Of a DNA stretch of 64,000 nt, positions 55,111 through 63,037 are shown in pieces. Below the pieces are notes generated by a model. It saw only the letters and a list, made by a program, of their open reading frames with translations. It searched no databases and had not been told where the DNA came from. Within the stretch, counting starts at the first letter, position 1, and each line of letters opens with the position of its first letter. Both the position numbers and the translations under genes were made by a program. The DNA is taken from NCBI GenBank assembly GCA_045585835.1, contig JAZMZG010000017.1:152315-216314 (forward strand), in the 5' to 3' direction. Source of the stretch: Eubacteriales bacterium. GTDB lineage: Bacteria > Bacillota > Clostridia > Oscillospirales > CAG-272.

Positions 55111-56418
55111 ATGAATGTCAAAAGACAGCACTCCGTCCGACTTGATTCGGATAAATGCAAGGGATGTACCACCTGCCTTAAAAGATGTCCGACTGAGGCA
55201 ATACGTATCCGCGACGGTAAAGCAATTATCAATGCGGACAGATGTATTGACTGCGGTGAGTGCATAAAGCTATGTCCCTATCAGGCAAAAAAAGCAACTC
55301 ACGATGACCTTTCGGCACTTGATGGCTTTAAGTACAAGGTTGCTCTGCCTGCGCCGTCTCTCTACGGTCAGTTTAATAATCTCGATAATATCGGATATAT
55401 TATAAAAGGCCTGCGTGATATAGGCTTTGACGACGTTTTCGAAGTCGCCTGCGCCGCAGAGCTTGTAACTGCTTATACGAGAATGTATATCACACGTTAC
55501 AATGTCAAAAAGCCTGTAATCAGCTCTGCCTGCCCCACTATCTTAAGGCTTATAAGCACAAATTATCCTTTTCTATGTGATAACATAATGCCACTGCTGC
55601 CACCCGTTGACATAGCGGCAATCTTGGCAAGAGAAAAGGTAAAAAGCGAGCATCCCGAGCTTTCGGACGACGACATCGGTATTGCGTTTATTTCGCCTTG
55701 TCCTGCGAAAGTCAGCTATATCAAGAGCAAAGAAAAGCCTCTTATAGACGTCACGTTATCCGTAAAGGACGTTTACTTTAAGCTGCTTGACAAGATGAAG
55801 GTCGATACCGAGCCCGAAGAAACGACGGATTCGGGACTTATAGGCATCGGTTGGGCAACGACGGGAGGAGAATCCTCCGCAGTCTTCAACGAAAGATACC
55901 TTGCGGCAGACGGAATAGAAAACTGTATAAGGGTTTTGGAGCAGATAGACAACGAGGACATAAAAGACCTTGACTTTGTTGAGCTTAACGCTTGTAACGG
56001 CGGCTGTGTCGGCGGTGCTATGACTATTGCAAACCCCTTTATCGCACAAACGAGGCTTAAAAGCCTAAAACGCTATTTGCCCGTAACGGCAAACAGACCC
56101 TCGGGTAATATCATTCCCGATAAAATTTTCAATCACGATACTATAGCATATACCCCAAGCAATCTTCTTTCCGACGACAGAGAAGAGGCAAGAAGAATGA
56201 TGGGAGATATAGAAAAGATCTCGGAGAAACTTCCCGGTATAGACTGCGGCTCCTGCGGTGCCCCGACTTGTATGGCATTTGCGGAGGATATAGTTAAGGG
56301 CGAGACCTGCGCCGATGAATGCACGGTGCTTATGAAGTCTCTTTTCCACGAATATCTCAAGGAGCACGACAAAAATATAAGCGGTGATGATTTTATAGAC
56401 GGCGGAGGTAACATATAA
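55111..56418 (+). CDS. HydS-like putative sensory [FeFe]-hydrogenase homolog (degenerate H-cluster motifs, extra C-terminal Fe-S motif)
   Basis: AAAGGAGG SD. Two ferredoxin motifs (CKGCTTCLKRCP and CIDCGECIKLCP). SSACP (55522-55536), SPCPAK, ELNACNGGCVGG. C-terminal CGSCGAPTC-x12-CADEC. Confidence 0.75.
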   Translation: MNVKRQHSVRLDSDKCKGCTTCLKRCPTEAIRIRDGKAIINADRCIDCGECIKLCPYQAKKATHDDLSALDGFKYKVALPAPSLYGQFNNLDNIGYIIKGLRDIGFDDVFEVACAAELVTAYTRMYITRYNVKKPVISSACPTILRLISTNYPFLCDNIMPLLPPVDIAAILAREKVKSEHPELSDDDIGIAFISPCPAKVSYIKSKEKPLIDVTLSVKDVYFKLLDKMKVDTEPEETTDSGLIGIGWATTGGESSAVFNERYLAADGIENCIRVLEQIDNEDIKDLDFVELNACNGGCVGGAMTIANPFIAQTRLKSLKRYLPVTANRPSGNIIPDKIFNHDTIAYTPSNLLSDDREEARRMMGDIEKISEKLPGIDCGSCGAPTCMAFAEDIVKGETCADECTVLMKSLFHEYLKEHDKNISGDDFIDGGGNI

Positions 56419-56744
56419 TGAAGCTGTCCGAGCTTATAACAAAACTTTCACTTGCTGAAATTTCACCTTTTGCGGAGGATATATGTCCCACGGGCGTATA
56501 CGCAGGAGACCTTTTAAGCCGTGCCATGAGCCGTATAGAAAGCGGAGATCTTTGGATAACGATAATGTCAAATACCAACGTTATTGCGGTTGCAAGTCTT
56601 ACCGAGGCTTCGATGGTTATTTTGGCGGAGGGCGTTGAGCTTATCCCCGAAGCCGCAAATACTGCACGGGAGCAAAACATAGGAGTTTACTCCTCACAAG
56701 AAACCGTATACGAGCTTTGTAAAAAAATCGGAGAGCTTCTTTGA
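56418..56744 (+). CDS. DRTGG-domain protein (copy 2)
   Basis: TAATG overlap with the upstream gene and GGAGG 9 nt upstream. 108 aa (GDLWITIMSNTNVIAVASLTEASMVILAEG). Confidence 0.6.
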   Translation: MKLSELITKLSLAEISPFAEDICPTGVYAGDLLSRAMSRIESGDLWITIMSNTNVIAVASLTEASMVILAEGVELIPEAANTAREQNIGVYSSQETVYELCKKIGELL

Positions 56745-56745
56745 T

Positions 56746-57477
56746 ATGGGAAAGTATTACGTAGACTTACATATACATTCCTGTCTCTCCCCTTGCAGCG
56801 ACGATGATATGACGCCCGCAAATATAGCGGGAATGGCGTCCCTAAACGGACTGACTTTGGTTGCACTGACCGACCATAACAGCACAAAAAACTGTCCCGC
56901 CTTCTTTAAACAGGCAAAGCGGCTTGGGATAGTTCCCATAGCGGGAATGGAGCTTACCACCTCGGAAGATATACACGCCGTATGTCTTTTCAGGACTTTG
57001 GAAGGGGCAATGCAATTCGGAAGCTTCTTGGAAACGAAGAAAGTGAAAATAAAAAATGATGCGTCCGTCTTCGGCAATCAGTTTATAATGGACGAAAACG
57101 ATGAGATTGCGGAAGTGGAAGAAAATATCCTTTGGAACGCATCGGAGCTTTCCTTGGAAGAAGCTTTTCACGAGGTCAAAAAATACGGCGGTGTGTGCTA
57201 TCCCGCACATATCGACAGAACTTCAAACGGAGCGGTTGCGATTCTCGGCGGATTTCCCGAAGAACCGAAGTTTACTTCTTACGAATTGAACTTTGCTGAG
57301 AAAAACGAAGAATATCAAGAAAAATTCCCTATATTAAGATCCTTGCAAATGATAGCATCATCAGACGCACATCATCTATGGGATATAAGCGAGGGTGGAT
57401 TTTTGTTAGAGCTTGATGACGAACCGTATTCATCTCAAAAAGTGGCAGATAGCTTAATTGAGCTTCTCGGAGGATAA
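56746..57477 (+). CDS. PHP-domain phosphoesterase
   Basis: YVDLHIHSCLSPCS, ALTDHNS, ELT..EDIH, PAHIDR, SSDAHHLWDI: the PHP metal-ligand series. Confidence 0.8.
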   Translation: MGKYYVDLHIHSCLSPCSDDDMTPANIAGMASLNGLTLVALTDHNSTKNCPAFFKQAKRLGIVPIAGMELTTSEDIHAVCLFRTLEGAMQFGSFLETKKVKIKNDASVFGNQFIMDENDEIAEVEENILWNASELSLEEAFHEVKKYGGVCYPAHIDRTSNGAVAILGGFPEEPKFTSYELNFAEKNEEYQEKFPILRSLQMIASSDAHHLWDISEGGFLLELDDEPYSSQKVADSLIELLGG

Positions 57478-57481
57478 GGTC

Positions 57482-58042
57482 TTGGAAGATTTTTCACTCT
57501 ACGTTTTGGATATAACGATGAATTCCGTAAGGGCGGGAGCAAGTAATATTGACATCACCCTAAAGCAAGACGACGAATTTCTTTACGTCACCATCAAGGA
57601 CGACGGTTGCGGTATGACGAAAGAGCAATTAAATAAGCTTGAAAATCCTTTTTTCACAACACGCAAAACGAGAAAGGTCGGGCTTGGAATCCCCTTCTTT
57701 ACGCAGCTTGCCAAAATGACAGACGGATACGTCAAAATAGCTTCAAAGCACGAAAGCGAATATGAAGACCACGGAACTGTGATCGAAGGTAAGTTCGGTT
57801 ATAAGCATATCGACTTCATACCGATAGGAAATATGCCGCAAACCGTTGTAACGCTTATACAAGGCTCACCTGACGTGGATTTCACCTTCACTCACAGCTA
57901 TAAGGATAAAAAAGTCTTTTTGGCGACCTCGCAGCTCCGTGAAATTTTGGGAAGCGAAATATCTCTTGCAAGCATCGAGATACTTAATTGGATCTCGAGC
58001 AGCCTAAAAGAGCAATATGAAGAGCTAAACATTAAAAAATAA
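57482..58042 (+). CDS. GHKL ATPase-domain protein (copy 2)
   Basis: Preferred start is TTG 57482, 8 nt after GGAGG (57469-57473). The alternative TTG 57458 overlaps the PHP gene. LDITMNSVRAG (N box), DDGCGM (G1), GLGIPF (G2). Confidence 0.7.
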   Translation: MEDFSLYVLDITMNSVRAGASNIDITLKQDDEFLYVTIKDDGCGMTKEQLNKLENPFFTTRKTRKVGLGIPFFTQLAKMTDGYVKIASKHESEYEDHGTVIEGKFGYKHIDFIPIGNMPQTVVTLIQGSPDVDFTFTHSYKDKKVFLATSQLREILGSEISLASIEILNWISSSLKEQYEELNIKK

Positions 58043-58077
58043 AAAATATATTAACATAATCAGAAAGGAAGCACACA

Positions 58078-58449
58078 ATGAAATCACTTGAAGAACTTAT
58101 GGCCATCAAAGCCAAAATGCAGGACAAGGTTTCTTTGCGTACGTCAAACGGAAACATCCGCATCGTAGTAGGAATGGCAACCTGCGGAATTGCAGCAGGC
58201 GCACGTCCTGTTCTCTCCGCCTTTGTTGAAGGCGTAAGCGAAGAGGGCCTCGCAGACGAGGTTACCGTAACGCAGACCGGTTGTATCGGCATCTGCCAAT
58301 ACGAGCCCGTTGTAGAGGTTTACGAAAAGGACAAGGAAAAGGTCACCTACGTTAAGATGACTGCCGAAAAAGCAAAAGAAGTTGTACAAAAGCACATCAA
58401 AGGCGGCAATCCCGTTAAAGAATACACCATTGGTGCTGCAAAAATCTAA
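58078..58449 (+). CDS. Thioredoxin-like [2Fe-2S] ferredoxin (HydD-type small subunit)
   Basis: 123 aa. Cys pattern MATCGIAAG...GCIGICQYEP. Confidence 0.75.
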   Translation: MKSLEELMAIKAKMQDKVSLRTSNGNIRIVVGMATCGIAAGARPVLSAFVEGVSEEGLADEVTVTQTGCIGICQYEPVVEVYEKDKEKVTYVKMTAEKAKEVVQKHIKGGNPVKEYTIGAAKI

Positions 58450-58471
58450 ATAAACAGGAGGAACAGAACGC

Positions 58472-60274
58472 ATGATTCGTTCACACATACTTATTTGCGG
58501 CGGTACCGGATGTACCTCTTCCGGCAGTGTTGCACTTGGAGAAAAGTTGGCAAACGAGCTTGTTGCCAAGGGCTTGGAAAATGAAATTAAAATCGTAAAA
58601 ACGGGTTGCTTCGGTCTTTGTGCCTTAGGTCCTGTCATGATCGTTTATCCCGAGGGAACCTTCTATAGCAGAGTTACTCCCGAGGATATTCCCGAAATCG
58701 TAGAAGAGCATCTTCTCAAGGGACGTGTAGTTGAGCGTCTTGTTTACAACGATACCGATGCTAAGGAAATGGCTGACAAGGCTTATGCTACGTCACTTTC
58801 CGAAACAGCATTCTATAAGAAGCAGAAGAGAGTATCTCTTCGTAACTGCGGTGTTATCAACCCCGAAAGCATTGATGAATACATAGCTATGGACGGTTAC
58901 TTTGCTCTTGCAAAGTGCCTTAAAGAGATGACACCCGATGACGTTATCAAAACGATATCCGATTCGGGTCTTCGCGGCAGAGGCGGCGGCGGATTCCCCA
59001 CAGGCAAAAAGTGGAGCTTCGCTAAGGCTTCCGCAGGCGACAAGAAATACGTCGTTTGTAACGCAGACGAGGGCGACCCCGGTGCATTTATGGACCGTAG
59101 CGTTCTCGAGGGCGACCCCCACTGTATCATCGAAGCTATGGCTATTGCAGGTTACGCAATAGGTGCTGACGAGGGCTACGTATACGTTCGTGCAGAGTAT
59201 CCCATCGCCGTTACACGTTTGAAGCTCGCTATTATGCAGGCAGAGGAATACGGCCTTTTAGGCGACGATATCCTCGGCACAGGCTTTAACTTCCACCTCA
59301 AAGTCCGTCTTGGCGCAGGCGCTTTCGTTTGCGGAGAAGAGACCGCTCTTATGACTTCTATCGAAGGTAACAGAGGTGAACCCCGTCCCCGTCCTCCCTT
59401 CCCCGCAGTTAAGGGCCTTTTCGGCAAGCCCACCGTTGAAAATAACGTTGAGACATTTGCTAACGTACCTCAGATAATCTTAAACGGCGCTGATTGGTTT
59501 AAGACTATGGGCATCGAGCAGTCCACCGGTACTAAGGTATTTGCTCTTGGCGGTAAGATCAAGAACACCGGTCTTGTTGAAGTTCCCATGGGACTTACTC
59601 TCCGTGAGATAATCGAAGACATCGGCGGCGGCTGCCCCAACGGCAAGAAATTCAAGGCCGTTCAAACGGGTGGTCCTTCCGGCGGTTGTATCCCCGCAAG
59701 TCTGCTCGATACCTCGGTTGACTTTGACAATCTCACAGCTCTCGGCTGTATGATGGGTTCAGGCGGTATGATCGTTATGGACGAGGATAACTGTATGGTC
59801 GATATGGCTAAGTTCTTCCTCGAATTCACCGTTGACGAATCTTGCGGTAAGTGCACGCCCTGCCGTATAGGTCTTTACAGACTTCTTGAAATGCTTGAGA
59901 AGATCACAAGCGGAAACGGCGAGCTTAAAGATATCGACGAGCTTGAAGAAATGTGCGAATACATTAAGGCTAACTCCCTCTGCGGACTCGGACAGACAGC
60001 TCCTAACCCCGTACTTGCAACACTCAAGTTCTTCCGTGATGAGTACATCGCTCACGTTGTTGATAAGAAGTGCCCTGCAGGCGTATGTAAGGGACTTCTC
60101 ACCTACGTTATCGATCCCGTACTCTGCAAGGGTTGTACAAAGTGCGCTCGTCAGTGCCCCGTTGGTGCAATTAGCGGCACGGTTAAGAATCCTCACGTAA
60201 TTGATACCAAGAAGTGCATTAAGTGCGGTGCTTGCGAACCCAGCTGCCCGTTCAAAGCTATATCTAAGAAATAA
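58472..60274 (+). CDS. hydB: NuoF-like flavoprotein subunit of [FeFe] hydrogenase (HydB-type)
   Basis: N-terminal 2Fe-2S (CGGTGC...GCFGLC). GLRGRGGGGFPTGKKW (FMN), NADEGDPGAF (NAD), ESCGKCTPCR (N3 cluster). C-terminal 2x CxxCxxCxxxCP. Confidence 0.9.
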   Translation: MIRSHILICGGTGCTSSGSVALGEKLANELVAKGLENEIKIVKTGCFGLCALGPVMIVYPEGTFYSRVTPEDIPEIVEEHLLKGRVVERLVYNDTDAKEMADKAYATSLSETAFYKKQKRVSLRNCGVINPESIDEYIAMDGYFALAKCLKEMTPDDVIKTISDSGLRGRGGGGFPTGKKWSFAKASAGDKKYVVCNADEGDPGAFMDRSVLEGDPHCIIEAMAIAGYAIGADEGYVYVRAEYPIAVTRLKLAIMQAEEYGLLGDDILGTGFNFHLKVRLGAGAFVCGEETALMTSIEGNRGEPRPRPPFPAVKGLFGKPTVENNVETFANVPQIILNGADWFKTMGIEQSTGTKVFALGGKIKNTGLVEVPMGLTLREIIEDIGGGCPNGKKFKAVQTGGPSGGCIPASLLDTSVDFDNLTALGCMMGSGGMIVMDEDNCMVDMAKFFLEFTVDESCGKCTPCRIGLYRLLEMLEKITSGNGELKDIDELEEMCEYIKANSLCGLGQTAPNPVLATLKFFRDEYIAHVVDKKCPAGVCKGLLTYVIDPVLCKGCTKCARQCPVGAISGTVKNPHVIDTKKCIKCGACEPSCPFKAISKK

Positions 60275-60291
60275 GAAAGGAGTACGCTATA

Positions 60292-62037
60292 ATGGAAATG
60301 GTTAATGTAATTGTAGACGGTATATCGGTCAGCGTACCCGCAGGATCAACTATCCTTGAGGCTGCCCGTGCGGCAGGCGTGGAAATTCCCACCCTCTGCT
60401 ATATGAAAGAAAAGAACGAGATCGGCGCTTGCCGTATCTGCGTTGTTGAAGCAACAAAAACAAGAGGTCTTGTTACCGCTTGCGTATATCCCGTAGTTGA
60501 CGGAATGGAGATCAAGACGAATACTCCCAAGATCCAAAAGGCTCGTAAGACGACTCTTGAGCTCATTCTCTCCACTCACGATATGAAGTGCCTTTCTTGC
60601 GCACGTTCAACCAACTGCGAGCTTCAGAAGCTCTGCTATGAGTACGGCGTAGACTCTCAACACTTTGAGGGCAAAAAGGCAACTCACCCCCTCGACCTCT
60701 CCGCACCTCACCTCGTAAGAGATAACAACAAATGTATCCTCTGCAGACGTTGCATCGCAGTATGTAACGAGCAGTTTGTATCCGTAATCGGTGCAAACAA
60801 CAGAGGTATCGATACAACTGTCGGTTCTCCCTTCCATATGAACCTCAACAGCACTCCCTGCATCTCCTGCGGTCAGTGTACGGCTGTTTGCCCCACGGCA
60901 GCTCTTATGGAAAAGGACGACACGGACAAGATCTACGAAGCTCTTGCAGATCCCAAAAAGCACGTTGTTGTTCAGACGGCTCCTTCCGTACGTGCAACTC
61001 TCGGCGAATGCTTCGATATGCCTATCGGCACGAACGTAGAAGGTAAGATGGTTTCCGCTCTCAAGAGACTTGGCTTTGCTAAAGTATTTGATACGGACTT
61101 TGCCGCTGACGTTACTATCGTTGAAGAAGCAACCGAGCTTGTACAAAGAGTTCAGAACAAGGGCGTTCTTCCTATGATCACCTCTTGCTCACCCGGTTGG
61201 GTCAAGTTTGCGGAATTCTACTATCCCGAGCTTCTTCCCCATCTCTCCACCTGCAAGTCTCCTCAACAGATGGCAGGCGCTATCATCAAGACTTATTACG
61301 CTGAAAAAGAAGGCATCGACCCCAAGGATATCGTTTCCGTATCGGTAATGCCTTGCACAGCTAAAAAGTTTGAGATAGGCAGAGACGACGAGAGCGCAGC
61401 AGGTGTTCCCGACGTTGATATCGCTATCACTACAAGAGAGCTTGGCAGAATGATAAAGCGTGCCGGAATTAAGTTTACGGAGCTTCCCGATGCAGAATTT
61501 GATTCTCCTCTCGGTGAAGATACCGGTGCTGCAGTTATATTCGGTGCTACGGGCGGTGTTATGGAAGCGGCGCTTCGTACCGCTAACGATTGGCTCACGG
61601 GCAAGGATAATACAGAAATCGAATTTAAGGAAGTCAGAGGCACGGCAGGTCTTAAAGAAGCAAGCTACAACATCGCAGGCCTTAATATTAAGGTTGCAGT
61701 TGCAAGCGGTGCCGCTGCAGCTAACGAGGTTATGAAGAAGATCGCTTCCGGTGAAGCTGATTGGACCTTCGTTGAGATCATGGGTTGCCCCGGCGGTTGC
61801 GTAAACGGTGGCGGACAGCCTATCCAGCCTCAATACGTACGTGATACGGTTGACCTCAAGGCAGTAAGAGCAAAGGCTCTCTACGACCAAGACCAAGCAA
61901 TGACCCTTAGAAAGAGCCACGAGTCCCCCGTTGTTAAGAAGCTCTATAGCGAATACTACGATGGCTTCGGCGGCCACAAGGCTCACCACGATTTGCACAC
62001 AAGCTACGTTGCAAGAAAGAAGTTTGAAGATAGATAA
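60292..62037 (+). CDS. hydA: [FeFe] hydrogenase catalytic subunit (HydA, multimeric/bifurcating-type architecture)
   Basis: N-terminal 2Fe-2S, a His-ligated cluster (HDMKCLSCARSTNCELQ) and 2x 4Fe-4S. H-domain motifs TSCSPGW (61180-61200), MPCTAKKFE and EIMGCPGGCVNGGGQP. Confidence 0.9.
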   Translation: MEMVNVIVDGISVSVPAGSTILEAARAAGVEIPTLCYMKEKNEIGACRICVVEATKTRGLVTACVYPVVDGMEIKTNTPKIQKARKTTLELILSTHDMKCLSCARSTNCELQKLCYEYGVDSQHFEGKKATHPLDLSAPHLVRDNNKCILCRRCIAVCNEQFVSVIGANNRGIDTTVGSPFHMNLNSTPCISCGQCTAVCPTAALMEKDDTDKIYEALADPKKHVVVQTAPSVRATLGECFDMPIGTNVEGKMVSALKRLGFAKVFDTDFAADVTIVEEATELVQRVQNKGVLPMITSCSPGWVKFAEFYYPELLPHLSTCKSPQQMAGAIIKTYYAEKEGIDPKDIVSVSVMPCTAKKFEIGRDDESAAGVPDVDIAITTRELGRMIKRAGIKFTELPDAEFDSPLGEDTGAAVIFGATGGVMEAALRTANDWLTGKDNTEIEFKEVRGTAGLKEASYNIAGLNIKVAVASGAAAANEVMKKIASGEADWTFVEIMGCPGGCVNGGGQPIQPQYVRDTVDLKAVRAKALYDQDQAMTLRKSHESPVVKKLYSEYYDGFGGHKAHHDLHTSYVARKKFEDR

Positions 62038-62056
62038 AATATCTTTCAACAAAAGC

Positions 62057-62088
62057 GGGAGGCGGCACGAAGCCGCCTCCCTGTTTTA
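62057..62088 (+). terminator. Hydrogenase operon terminator
   Basis: GGGAGGCGGC-acgaa-GCCGCCTCCC followed by TGTTTT. Confidence 0.85.
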
Positions 62089-62111
62089 ATAAATAATATA
62101 AGGAAAAAATC

Positions 62112-62525
62112 ATGCTGATAGTAAGACCTGTAAAAGATAAAAAATTTCAAGAGGAACTTTGCAAGATTGCAAATGTGCCATATGATGCGGCGGCTTTTGC
62201 ATATCTTGCGGCTAATACCGACGATATAGGCGAAAGCTATTCAAGCTATATTGGGCTTATTCAATTTGATATTGATGCACAGGGTGCAGAGCTTCTTTCG
62301 GTTAGTATGATGCCCAATGTTGACGATATGGAAGCGATGATAATAATGGGTAGAAGCCTTATGTGCTTCTTGTACCGCGATCTTCACTTAAAGACGCTTC
62401 GTGCTTCTAATAAAGTTGACGGTAAATACTGCAAAGCATTCGGGCTTCGAGAAAAGGACGGTATTTTCAGCATTGATTTGGAGGATTTTTACGCATCTCC
62501 CTGCAAATACAATAATTTGGAATAA
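62112..62525 (+). CDS. Hypothetical cytoplasmic protein (137 aa)
   Basis: AAGGAAAAAATC precedes ATG 62112. No recognisable motif and no signal peptide. Confidence 0.5.
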   Translation: MLIVRPVKDKKFQEELCKIANVPYDAAAFAYLAANTDDIGESYSSYIGLIQFDIDAQGAELLSVSMMPNVDDMEAMIIMGRSLMCFLYRDLHLKTLRASNKVDGKYCKAFGLREKDGIFSIDLEDFYASPCKYNNLE

Positions 62526-62549
62526 TTTGTCATTTTTTCGTTTTTCTTG

Positions 62550-62578
62550 TTGACAAAGCTTTCCTTTTGCGGTATAAT
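62550..62578 (+). promoter_or_regulatory. Perfect-consensus sigma-A promoter
   Basis: TTGACA (62550-62555), 17 nt, TATAAT (62573-62578). Confidence 0.7.
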
Positions 62579-62611
62579 GGCGACACCCACCTAAAATATT
62601 CGGAGGAAAAA

Positions 62612-62851
62612 ATGTTATCAACGGGAATTGTTCGCAGAATAGATGCACTCGGCAGAGTCGTTATCCCTAAAGAGCTTAGAGAGAGCTTGGATATCAACGA
62701 AGCGCCTATAGAGATATTCGTAGACGCTGACTCTATAGTGCTTAAAAAATATCAGCATAAGTGCCTTTTCTGCGGTTCAAACGAGACGGTATTTGAATAC
62801 AAGGAAAAGCTTATATGCAAAGCATGCCTTGAAGAATTGAAGAGTAAATAG
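62612..62851 (+). CDS. AbrB/SpoVT-family DNA-binding protein with C-terminal CxxC...CxxC zinc ribbon
   Basis: ATG 62612 follows GGAGGAAAAA. STGIVRRIDALGRVVIPKELRESL is the swapped-hairpin AbrB motif. C-terminus CLFCGS-x14-CKAC. Confidence 0.8.
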   Translation: MLSTGIVRRIDALGRVVIPKELRESLDINEAPIEIFVDADSIVLKKYQHKCLFCGSNETVFEYKEKLICKACLEELKSK

Positions 62852-62853
62852 TA

Positions 62854-62887
62854 AAAGAGCTTGGTGCATAGAACCAAGCTCTTTTTA
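62854..62887 (+). terminator. Rho-independent terminator
   Basis: AAAGAGCTTGGT-gcataga-ACCAAGCTCTTT followed by TT. Confidence 0.8.
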
Positions 62888-62991
62888 AATTCAAAGGTCG
62901 CAGTGAGCAAACAATGCTCTCTACATTTTAAGAACATAGGATATAGAATTTTTGTGCATCGTCAGCGAGTGCGCAAAATCAAAAAGGTGAA

Positions 62992-63021
62992 AAAATCGGA
63001 TGACCGAGGTCATCCGATTTT
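62992..63021. terminator. Terminator of the minus-strand surface-protein gene (symmetrical)
   Basis: AAAATCGGATGAC-cgag-GTCATCCGATTTT. Confidence 0.75.
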
Positions 63022-63037
63022 TATATGTTCGCTTAAA

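Noticed and set aside
61189-62052. 287-aa minus-strand ORF
   Set aside because: It is antisense to hydA, runs through the operon terminator, and has no SD or motif.
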